Origin: an uncultured Solibacteraceae bacterium
Lineage (GTDB): Bacteria; Acidobacteriota; Terriglobia; Bryobacterales; Bryobacteraceae
Length of the DNA stretch: 49,714 nucleotides
Assembly (NCBI GenBank): GCA_964390225.1
Contig: CAYMHP010000001.1
Location: forward strand, 13,609 to 63,322
Reading direction: 5' to 3'
The notes below the pieces were generated by a model. That model saw only the letters and a program-made list of their open reading frames with translations, had not been told where the DNA came from and did no database searches. How positions within the stretch are numbered: the stretch's first letter is position 1; each line of letters starts with the position of its first letter. The position numbers were made by a program, and so were the translations under genes. Positions 43,174-49,714 of the stretch are shown piece after piece.

Positions 43174-43218
43174 TTGATTCCAATCGCAATTTGCAATATA
43201 TTTATCACAGATTGCGAT
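43174..43218 (+). promoter_or_regulatory. near-consensus sigma70-like promoter with embedded operator-like inverted repeat
   Basis: TTGATT (43174-43179), 17 nt, TATATT (43197-43202). Inverted repeat ATCGCAAT (43183-43190) / ATTGCGAT (43211-43218), plus a third related half-site TTTGCAAT (43190-43197). It ends directly at the XRE gene ATG (43219). Confidence 0.55.
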
Positions 43219-43734
43219 ATGCGGCTCGGCGAAAAAATCCGCTACCTCCGCGAAGTGGAAGGCACGCTTCGCGGACTCAACCGCGAGTTGTCCCAACTCG
43301 AACTCGCCCGCCTCATCGAAAAAGAGCAGGGCAAGTCCATTAGCCAGAGCTATCTTTCGCAAATCGAAAGTGGCAGCCGGCCGCACCTGACCAATTCCAC
43401 GCGTATGCTGCTGGCGCGTTTCTTCAAAGTGCATCCCGGTTACCTGGTGGATGATCCCGAGGGTTTCCAGAACGAGCTGATTTCCGATGTGGGAGCGCTC
43501 GAAGACAAGCTCGATCTCTGGCTGGTGAGCGGAGCCGAGCGGTTCTGCCGCGATCCCGAGTTGCACCACGCTCTGCTCGCCGTGGCGCGGCACGCCGATT
43601 CGCGGCTCTGCCTGGTGTTGTTGGGAAAGATCCTGGAGAATCCCGGTCTGGCCGAACGGCTGATGGAAGTGCTCAGGCCCGCTGCGGCGAAAGCCCCGTC
43701 GCCGGTAGCGACCGAGGCAAGGAGGCGCGCATGA
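43219..43734 (+). CDS. XRE-family helix-turn-helix transcriptional regulator with C-terminal helical extension
   Basis: ATG 43219 (M16 of the track ORF). HTH_3-like region LSQLELARLIEKEQGKSISQSYLSQIESG. About 90-aa C-terminal domain of unknown function. The stop overlaps the nfeD start (ATGA). Confidence 0.8.
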   Translation: MRLGEKIRYLREVEGTLRGLNRELSQLELARLIEKEQGKSISQSYLSQIESGSRPHLTNSTRMLLARFFKVHPGYLVDDPEGFQNELISDVGALEDKLDLWLVSGAERFCRDPELHHALLAVARHADSRLCLVLLGKILENPGLAERLMEVLRPAAAKAPSPVATEARRRA

Positions 43735-44312
43735 CCTGGTCGGATTTCTACCTCACCTGCTTCCTGATTGGCTTCGCGCTGAGCGCGCTCGCGCTGGTGG
43801 CGGGCACGACTCATCTGCATATGCCGCACCTCCACCTCCACCATGGGATCCACACGCCGCATGGCGGCTCCGGCGTGACGGTGCCTTGGTTCAACTTCGG
43901 CTCAATTGCCGGATTCCTGGCCTGGTTCGGCGGTACCGGTTACCTGCTCGAGCGCTATTACGGCGTCTGGGTCGTTACCGCGCTGGCCCTTTCGACCCTC
44001 AGCGGGCTCGCGGCGGCTTCGGTCGTCTTCTGGTTTCTGGCCAAGGTGCTGATCGCGCGCGAAGCGTCGCTGGACCCCGCTGATTACGAGATGGCCGGAG
44101 TGCTTGGCCGCGTGAGCATCCCCATCCGCACGGGTGGAACGGGTGAAATTATCTATTCCCAGGAGGGGACGCGCCGCGTTTGTGGCGCCCGCGCCGACGA
44201 GTCGATGGCCATCCCGAAAGGCGCCGAAGTGATTGTTACCCGCTACGAAAAAGGGATTGCGTACGTGCGCCCGTGGGTTGACCCGCTGGACGAGTTGGAG
44301 AACAAAGCTTAG
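43731..44312 (+). CDS. NfeD-family membrane protein (YqiJ-like), His-rich loop
   Basis: 193 aa. Three TM helices, then a C-terminal OB-fold-type NfeD segment (GVLGRVSIPIRTGGTGEIIY...AIPKGAEVIVTRYEKGIAYVRP). It lies immediately upstream of a flotillin, the classical NfeD-SPFH pairing. Confidence 0.8.
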   Translation: MTWSDFYLTCFLIGFALSALALVAGTTHLHMPHLHLHHGIHTPHGGSGVTVPWFNFGSIAGFLAWFGGTGYLLERYYGVWVVTALALSTLSGLAAASVVFWFLAKVLIAREASLDPADYEMAGVLGRVSIPIRTGGTGEIIYSQEGTRRVCGARADESMAIPKGAEVIVTRYEKGIAYVRPWVDPLDELENKA

Positions 44313-44324
44313 GAGTGCCCGACT

Positions 44325-45761
44325 ATGTATAACCCGACGTTCGTGATTGCCGGCCTCATGGTGCTGGCGCTTGTCTTCCTGATGGCCGTGTTTGCCAAGC
44401 TGTTCCGCAAAGCAGGGCCGCACGAGGCCCTCATCGTTTACGGTTTCCGCGGCACGCGCGTGGTAAAGGGCCGGGGCACCGTGATCTTCCCCATGGTCGA
44501 AAGCTGCCGTGGCTTGTCGCTCGAACTGATGTCGTTTGATGTGGCGCCGCAGCAGGACCTGTACACGCGGCAGGGCGTAGCCGTGACGGTGGAGGCCGTG
44601 GCGCAGATCAAGGTGAAGTCCGATCCGGAATCGATCCTCACCGCCGCCGAGCAGTTCCTTACCAAGCCGCCGCAGGAGCGCGAAGGGCTGATCCGCCTGG
44701 TGATGGAAGGCCACCTGCGCGGCATCATCGGCCAGCTCACGGTGGAAGAGATCGTCAAACAGCCCGAGATGGTGGGCGAGCGTATGCGGTCCACCTGCGC
44801 CGACGATATGAACAAGATGGGGCTTGAAGTCATTTCCTTCACCATCAAGGAAGTCCGCGACAAGAACGAATACATCACCAACATGGGCCGGCCCGATGTC
44901 GCGCGCATCAAGCGCGACGCCGATGTCGCCGCCGCGGAGGCCGAGCGCGATACGGCCATTAAGCGGGCCCTCGCTGCCCGGGAAGCGGCCATCGCCAAGG
45001 CTCAGGCCGACCAGGAACGCGTGCTCGCCGAGGCGCTGTCCATGACCAAGCAGGCCGAGGCGCAGCGCGACCTCGAAGTGAAGAAGGCCGAGTACAACGA
45101 GATGGTTAAGAAACAGCAGGCCCAGGCGGACAAGGCCTACGAGATCCAGACCAACGTCATGCAACAGCAAGTGCGTGCCGAAGAGGTCACCATTCACCAG
45201 ATTGAAAAAGAGCATGAAGTGAAGGTGCAGGAGGCCGAAATCAACCGCCGCGACCGCGAGCTGACGGCCACCGTGCTCAAACAGGCCGAATTCGAGCGCA
45301 AGCGCATCGAGACCCTGGCGGAAGCCGAGCGCCAGCGCCTGGTCGTGGAGGCCGAGGGACGCGCCGCCGCCATCCGTGCGCAGGGCGAAGCCGAAGCCGA
45401 AATCATTTTCAAGAAGGGTGAGGCCGAAGCCAAAGCGATGAACGTCAAGGCCGAGGCCTACCAGGAATTCAACCAGGCCGCGATCGTAGACAAGCTGATC
45501 ACCAATATGCCGGAGGTCGTCAAAGCGCTGGCCGCGCCTCTGGCCAACGTCGACAAGATCACCGTAGTATCCACCGGAAACGGTACCTCGGCGGGATTGA
45601 ACAAGATTACGGGTGACATCACCCAAATGGCGGCGCAAATCCCCGCGCTCTTCGAAACGCTTTCCGGCATGCCCCTGAATGAGCTGTTCGCGAAGGTGCG
45701 GATGATTGGCGATAAGTCGCCTAAGCCGGAGGACAAGTCCAAGTCCGCGGGCGCGCAATAA
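44325..45761 (+). CDS. flotillin (SPFH/Band-7 domain protein, FloT/YuaG-like)
   Basis: 478 aa. N-terminal membrane hairpin. SPFH core (VEAVAQIKV, LRGIIGQLTVEEI). A long Glu/Ala-rich coiled-coil flotillin domain (AEAERDTAIKRA...EAEGRAAAIRAQGEAEAE). Confidence 0.9.
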   Translation: MYNPTFVIAGLMVLALVFLMAVFAKLFRKAGPHEALIVYGFRGTRVVKGRGTVIFPMVESCRGLSLELMSFDVAPQQDLYTRQGVAVTVEAVAQIKVKSDPESILTAAEQFLTKPPQEREGLIRLVMEGHLRGIIGQLTVEEIVKQPEMVGERMRSTCADDMNKMGLEVISFTIKEVRDKNEYITNMGRPDVARIKRDADVAAAEAERDTAIKRALAAREAAIAKAQADQERVLAEALSMTKQAEAQRDLEVKKAEYNEMVKKQQAQADKAYEIQTNVMQQQVRAEEVTIHQIEKEHEVKVQEAEINRRDRELTATVLKQAEFERKRIETLAEAERQRLVVEAEGRAAAIRAQGEAEAEIIFKKGEAEAKAMNVKAEAYQEFNQAAIVDKLITNMPEVVKALAAPLANVDKITVVSTGNGTSAGLNKITGDITQMAAQIPALFETLSGMPLNELFAKVRMIGDKSPKPEDKSKSAGAQ

Positions 45762-45840
45762 ATATTCACCCCGTTCCGGGGCAGGGAACATTCAGCCCCT
45801 CCCGTAAGGGTGGGGGTAGGGAAACCGAAGGGAGGATCCC

Positions 45841-46503
45841 ATGGCACTGTTAGAACGCGTATCCACACTGATCCGGGCCAACCTCAACGACCTCATCGAC
45901 AAGGCCGAGGACCCCGAAAAGATGATCAAGCAACTGATCCTTGACATGGAGAACCAGCTGTTGCAGGTCAAAACCCAGGTCGCGATCTCCATCGCGGACC
46001 AGCATGTGCTCGAGAAAAAGCTGCAGGAGAACCAGGAAAACGAGCGGCAATGGATCCGCCGCGCCGAACTCGCCGTCGACAAAAAAGACGACGCGCTGGC
46101 GCGGGCCGCCATCGAGCGCTCGATGAGTTACAAAGGCATGACCGAGAGCTTCCGCCAGCAGGTGGAAGATCAGAAGACACAGGTCGAAAATCTGAAGACG
46201 GCACTGCTGAAATTGCAGCAGAAACTTGCGGAAGCGCAGGCCAAGAGCGAAATGCTCATCGCCCAGCACCGCCGCTCGCGCGCGATGGGGAAAGCCACGG
46301 AGGCCGGCGCCGCCATCGGCAACGGATCCAACGCCGCCGCCTTCGATCGCATGAAGGCCAAGGTGCAGCACACGGAGGCTGCCACCCAGGCGCACTCCGA
46401 GTTGCTGAGCGATGACGTGGAAGACCGCTTCGCCGCGCTCGAGAAACAGGACGAAATCAATCGCCTATTGGAGGAACTCAAGGCCAAGCGGAGCGCCGGA
46501 TAA
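45841..46503 (+). CDS. pspA: PspA/IM30 (ESCRT-III-like) family protein, paralogue 1
   Basis: 220 aa. N-terminus MALLERVSTLIRANLNDLIDKAEDPEKMIKQLILDMENQL parallels E. coli PspA (..NANINALLEKAEDPQK..MIQEME). All-helical coiled-coil composition. GGGAGGA RBS. Confidence 0.9.
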   Translation: MALLERVSTLIRANLNDLIDKAEDPEKMIKQLILDMENQLLQVKTQVAISIADQHVLEKKLQENQENERQWIRRAELAVDKKDDALARAAIERSMSYKGMTESFRQQVEDQKTQVENLKTALLKLQQKLAEAQAKSEMLIAQHRRSRAMGKATEAGAAIGNGSNAAAFDRMKAKVQHTEAATQAHSELLSDDVEDRFAALEKQDEINRLLEELKAKRSAG

Positions 46504-46598
46504 TGGAACTTCGGCGCCGCCGGTCGCGTACTCCATTAGGTGGCGCACGCCTCCGGCTTGCGCGGGCGCGCAGCGCCTCAATCGCTTGAGCCGCGAGG

Positions 46599-46629
46599 CG
46601 CCCGGTTACAAAAACGCCCGGTTACAAAA
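46599..46629 (+). repeat. tandem direct repeat, 2 x CGCCCGGTTACAAAA (period 16 nt)
   Basis: Exact 15-nt copies at 46599-46613 and 46615-46629. They sit in the 141-nt gap between pspA-1 and the chaperone-like gene, 16 nt upstream of its ATG and 8 nt upstream of its GAGGAG RBS. Confidence 0.9.
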
Positions 46630-46644
46630 CAAATACGAGGAGCT

Positions 46645-47064
46645 ATGACACTTACAACCAGCCCACAACTCGACCAAATTCACGCCCTGCTGGCGGAGCA
46701 CGGTTACGAAGTCTCCGAGCGGGCGCCCGACACTCTTCGCATCCAGGAGGTGCAGAGCGGAGTGGCCATTCAGGCCGTGCTTCAGGGACAAATCCTGTTC
46801 CTGTCTCTGACCTGCACCACGGTGCCTCGCTCCGCGATCACGCCGGACCTCATGAACCGCATGCTCGCGGCGGATAATGGCATCTCCACTTCCCATTTTC
46901 AGCTCTATGAGCTGGGCGGCAGCCAGGTGGCCGTTACGTTGAACAATTTTTGCAAACTGCAGGATATGGGGCCCGAGGACGAAGACGACATTCTCTCGTG
47001 CGTCCATTTCCTGCTGGTGGACGTATTGAGTGCGCGCCGGCTGCTCAGCGACCTTCAATCATAA
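46645..47064 (+). CDS. YjfI/DUF2170-like protein (YbjN / CesT-type chaperone fold candidate)
   Basis: ATG 46645 (M36 of the track ORF), preceded by GAGGAG. The 139-aa acidic protein has a pattern (QAVLQGQILFLSLTC...MNRMLAADNGISTSHFQL...VAVTLNN) that resembles E. coli YjfI as I remember it. It sits directly upstream of a YjfJ-like PspA, as in yjfIJ. Confidence 0.6.
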   Translation: MTLTTSPQLDQIHALLAEHGYEVSERAPDTLRIQEVQSGVAIQAVLQGQILFLSLTCTTVPRSAITPDLMNRMLAADNGISTSHFQLYELGGSQVAVTLNNFCKLQDMGPEDEDDILSCVHFLLVDVLSARRLLSDLQS

Positions 47065-47078
47065 AAGGAGAATGAACT

Positions 47079-47867
47079 ATGTCATTTCTGAACGACTTCT
47101 TTAGCAGACTGGGCCGCGTGGCCCGCGGCCAGGCCAACCAAGGCGTGGATGTCATCGAGGATGCCACCTTCGAAGCGACCGTCAAACAGACCGTCGCCGA
47201 TATGAAGAACGAGCTGAACAACGTGGTCCGTGCCTCCGCGTCGGCCATGAGCAACTACAACCGTCTGGATGCCGAGTATCAGAAGTACGTGCGGCAGGCT
47301 CAGGAATGGAAGGATCGCGCCGGACAGGCTCTCGACGCCGGCAACGAGGATCTCGCCCGCAAGGCACTGGCGAAAAAGACCGAGTGCGACCGGCAAGCGG
47401 CTTCCATGCAACAGGGGGTCGCCTCCGCTCAGCAGGCCAGCGAAAAACTCAAGCAGCAGGTCGCCGAGTTGAAGCGTAAGATCGACGAGGGTGAGCGCAC
47501 TGCTACTACTCTGGTGGCGCGCAAGAATGCCGCGTCGGCGCAGCGCAAAGTCTCCGAAGCCATGGCGGGCGTCGGCAATGCCGACAATGCTTTCTCCGCC
47601 TTGAGCCGCTTCGAGGAATCGGTGGCGCGCGAAGAAGCCACTGCCAAGGCCTTCGATGAACTCGCCTCCACCGGCAAGGACGAAGATCTCGAAAAACAAT
47701 TCGCCGAACTCGGCGGCAAGGGGGTCGATGCCGAACTGGCAGCATTGAAACAGGAGCGGCAGCAGGGGGCATCGAAGCCCGCGGCTCCGTACCTGCCCAA
47801 AGAACTGCCTGCCGGCGGCACTTCGCTTCAAGTGGGGCAATCTGCCAGAGACAAGGCCAACGCATAG
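47079..47867 (+). CDS. PspA/IM30 family protein, paralogue 2 (YjfJ-like)
   Basis: 262 aa. AAGGAG RBS. An amphipathic N-terminus MSFLNDFFSRLGRV, a long coiled coil, and a C-terminal KDEDLEKQFAELGG block resembling the YjfJ tail (DLDEKLAEAGIGG). Confidence 0.85.
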   Translation: MSFLNDFFSRLGRVARGQANQGVDVIEDATFEATVKQTVADMKNELNNVVRASASAMSNYNRLDAEYQKYVRQAQEWKDRAGQALDAGNEDLARKALAKKTECDRQAASMQQGVASAQQASEKLKQQVAELKRKIDEGERTATTLVARKNAASAQRKVSEAMAGVGNADNAFSALSRFEESVAREEATAKAFDELASTGKDEDLEKQFAELGGKGVDAELAALKQERQQGASKPAAPYLPKELPAGGTSLQVGQSARDKANA

Positions 47868-47880
47868 CCGCTGAACCCCG

Positions 47881-48510
47881 ATGGCTACGTTCTTCATCCT
47901 GGCCATTCTGATCGTTCTGCTAGGAGTCGTGCTGATGCAACTCTTCAGGAAACCCGTCGCGAGCCCGAGACCCGCGGCCGATCTTGCGAACCTCAAGGTC
48001 ACCGACGCCCGTGCCGGAGATGTACTTTCCGTCGCGGGCGCCGGAGACGACCTGAGCGACCTCGATTTCACCGCCGATCGCTCGGTGTGGTATGACGCCG
48101 GCGGCCCGCGCTGGTTCGAACTGAGCGGCCCCTACCGCGAGCGCCGCGTGGCGCTCCGCGTCGTCGCGGGTGAAGACACCGAGGTCGCGCTACACAGCGA
48201 TCCCCGGAAGCTGATGTTGGACGATCTCGGCCTCTCCGAGCAGGATCTGGCCGACATCGACGAGCGTCAAAACCCCGCCGACTCGTTCGAATTCGACGGC
48301 AAAGTCTGGCTGTATCGCCGCAGCCGCGAGGTGAAAGCCTTCCGCGACGGCCAGCCCCAGCCCTCCGCGTTTTACTACTGGGAGTTCCAGGAAGATGGAG
48401 GCAAACGCCTGCTGGCCATTCGCAAACCCGAGGGCGAGCCATTCGCCGTCGTTCTGTATACCGGAATTCCCGAGGGAGATGTCACCGTTTACCGGCCGAC
48501 GCCGCAATAG
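47881..48510 (+). CDS. membrane-anchored DUF4178-like protein (YjfK-position)
   Basis: 209 aa. N-terminal TM helix FFILAILIVLLGVVLMQLF. Two beta-rich half-repeats (GDVLSVAG..DFTADRSVWYD..WFEL..RVALRV and FEFDGKVWLY..YYWEF..LLAIRK..AVVLYTG). The family call is tentative. Confidence 0.55.
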   Translation: MATFFILAILIVLLGVVLMQLFRKPVASPRPAADLANLKVTDARAGDVLSVAGAGDDLSDLDFTADRSVWYDAGGPRWFELSGPYRERRVALRVVAGEDTEVALHSDPRKLMLDDLGLSEQDLADIDERQNPADSFEFDGKVWLYRRSREVKAFRDGQPQPSAFYYWEFQEDGGKRLLAIRKPEGEPFAVVLYTGIPEGDVTVYRPTPQ

Positions 48511-48522
48511 GAGGCGTGTTCC

Positions 48523-49714
48523 ATGAGCCGAACCCAATTGAAAATCTCTGCCGCCGTTCTCACGACGCTGATCGTCGCCGTACTGATCAACGCGTTCGAT
48601 CATCTGCCGGGGAGCGTTCGCGCGCAGATCGATAGTGAACGCGCGGCGCTCGCCTCCGCAGGGTCGCGCGTGACCAGCGCGCAGCAAACGGTTGCTCGCG
48701 AAACCAAGGCCGACCCCGCTCTCTTCCAGACGGTCGCGGCGAGTAGCCAGTGGCCGGCCCGATTCCAGCAGTCCGCCGGAGTTCTCGATTCCGCCAAACG
48801 CGACATGGAGGAACTCTCGCGCCTCGAGAAGTCCGGCCATCACCGCGACCAGCAGCGTGCTACCACTCTGCTCGCCCACGAACGCGGCCTGCGCGAGTCG
48901 GCGTTGAACCAGGCGGCCGCCATCGAAAGCGAGGCCGCGCGTTGGACCGAGCGCAAGCAGCACCTCGCTTCCGAATTGCAGCAGATGGAGCATGATTATC
49001 AGGCGATCCGCGCCTTCGATACGGCTCCCCTCACCGCGACCATCCAGCGCGCCGAGACCGATTGGCCGGAAAAGAAGTCCGATCTCGAATCGCGCCTGGC
49101 CGCGGTTACCGGCATTCCCGCCCAGTCGGAGACGCTCTGGCAATCGAGCGCGGGGCTCCGGCATCAGGCCGCCGCGGGAGACACGAAAGATCTCGATTTC
49201 GGTGCGCTGTTCGCCACTGCCGACCAGCTAAAGGCCTCGGCCGCCGCGCTGCCCAAGCAATCCGCGGAACTCGAATCCCTCGCCGGCCAGCTATACGATT
49301 CGTGGGACAAGATCCTGGTCGATATGGACGTGCGCGGCATCGGATCCAACCGCGCCTTCGACCAGAAAATCCGCACCGTGCGTACGCACCTCGGCAACAC
49401 CACCTCGGACGAAAAATGGGTGCAGGTTTCACCGGCCACCTACGATGCCATGCGGAGCGACCTCGGCATGGCAATCGAGCACAAGCCCGCCGGCAAGTAC
49501 GATTCGGAAGCCGAGCACGTTGCGCAGCCCGCCGGCTTCGCTTACATGGCGCCGCCGTCCCAAGGCTCGAACCAATACGGTTATTGGGAGCATCGCGATG
49601 GCCAGAGCTTCTGGGTGTGGTACGGCAAGTACGCGCTCCTGCGCGATCTGCTCTTCAATCACTCCTATCGTCCGCTCCCGCAGTACGAGTGGGAGGGCTA
49701 CCGCAGCTCGCGCA
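48523..49714 (+). CDS. membrane-anchored coiled-coil protein of unknown family (3' end outside window)
   Basis: Not in the ORF track because it has no stop in the window. ATG 48523 has GGAGG 9 nt upstream. The frame stays open for 397 codons to the window edge. N-terminal TM helix ISAAVLTTLIVAVLINAF, about 250 aa of helical/coiled-coil sequence, then a Trp/Tyr-rich segment (GYWEHRDGQSFWVWYGKYALLRDLLF). Confidence 0.65.
   Translation, partial: MSRTQLKISAAVLTTLIVAVLINAFDHLPGSVRAQIDSERAALASAGSRVTSAQQTVARETKADPALFQTVAASSQWPARFQQSAGVLDSAKRDMEELSRLEKSGHHRDQQRATTLLAHERGLRESALNQAAAIESEAARWTERKQHLASELQQMEHDYQAIRAFDTAPLTATIQRAETDWPEKKSDLESRLAAVTGIPAQSETLWQSSAGLRHQAAAGDTKDLDFGALFATADQLKASAAALPKQSAELESLAGQLYDSWDKILVDMDVRGIGSNRAFDQKIRTVRTHLGNTTSDEKWVQVSPATYDAMRSDLGMAIEHKPAGKYDSEAEHVAQPAGFAYMAPPSQGSNQYGYWEHRDGQSFWVWYGKYALLRDLLFNHSYRPLPQYEWEGYRSSR

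Noticed and set aside
43902-45791. 629-aa ORF on the minus strand, the second-longest in this part of the window
   Set aside because: It is exactly antisense to the flotillin and nfeD genes. Its composition is low-complexity and rich in Gly, Arg, Leu and His, with no recognisable motifs. The plus-strand products have clear SPFH and NfeD signatures. This is a typical GC-rich shadow ORF.
45762-45840. Sigma54 (-24/-12) promoter upstream of pspA, as in E. coli
   Set aside because: The best candidate is GGGCAGGGAACATTCAG. It has the GG but places TC, not GC, at the -12 position with correct spacing. No PspF-like activator is nearby.
48190-49164. 324-aa minus-strand ORF
   Set aside because: It is antisense to the DUF4178-like gene and to the long open plus-strand frame starting at 48523, both of which have strong SD sequences. 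It has no motifs.

Overview
This 49.7-kb window comes from a GC-rich bacterial chromosome. The gene content resembles Acidobacteriota, but that is only an impression. All family calls rest on motifs I recognise by eye, because I could not run any search. I support about 46 protein-coding genes. I found no rRNA, tRNA, CRISPR array, transposase or integrase.

Layout:
- (1) 0.8-7.0 kb: an MFS transporter followed by a tightly coupled five-gene operon. A LeuD-like and a LeuC-like aconitase-family subunit are separated by an ornithine-cyclodeaminase-family gene and two M24 (pita-bread) genes. In the LeuC-like protein all three Fe-S cysteine ligands are replaced by serine. A canonical leuCD pair lies convergent to it, across a perfect 13-bp hairpin.
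- (2) 8.9-10.9 kb: a sulfatase and a small secreted protein.
- (3) 11.0-16.8 kb: an aromatic/lignin-type catabolic cluster. It holds a PhtD-like decarboxylase, a permease, an extradiol dioxygenase, a hydrolase and a LigM-like THF-dependent O-demethylase.
- (4) 17-20.3 kb: secreted redox and metal proteins.
- (5) 20.3-23.2 kb: a lower-GC patch of orphan genes, including a bacterial EXORDIUM/PHI-1-like protein.
- (6) 23.5-27.9 kb: the conserved rpmH-rnpA-yidD-yidC-jag-mnmE cluster. Here rnpA has no canonical start codon upstream of its conserved N-terminus.
- (7) 28-32 kb: an M16 peptidase and metY.
- (8) 32.2-38.3 kb: a divergent signalling cluster. It has a PAS-GAF-LOV hybrid histidine kinase (blue-light sensor motif GRNCRFLQG), five receiver domains and a REC-PP2C phosphatase.
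- (9) 38.4-43.1 kb: an M13 peptidase and an ABC-2 exporter.
- (10) 43.2 kb to the window end: the best candidate for an undescribed system. It is a same-strand locus made of an XRE regulator, NfeD, a flotillin, PspA, a YjfI/YbjN-like chaperone-fold protein, a second PspA (YjfJ-like), a TM DUF4178-like protein and a TM coiled-coil protein of unknown family. A near-consensus promoter with an embedded inverted repeat precedes it.

Many long antisense ORFs in the track are GC-driven shadows and were rejected.
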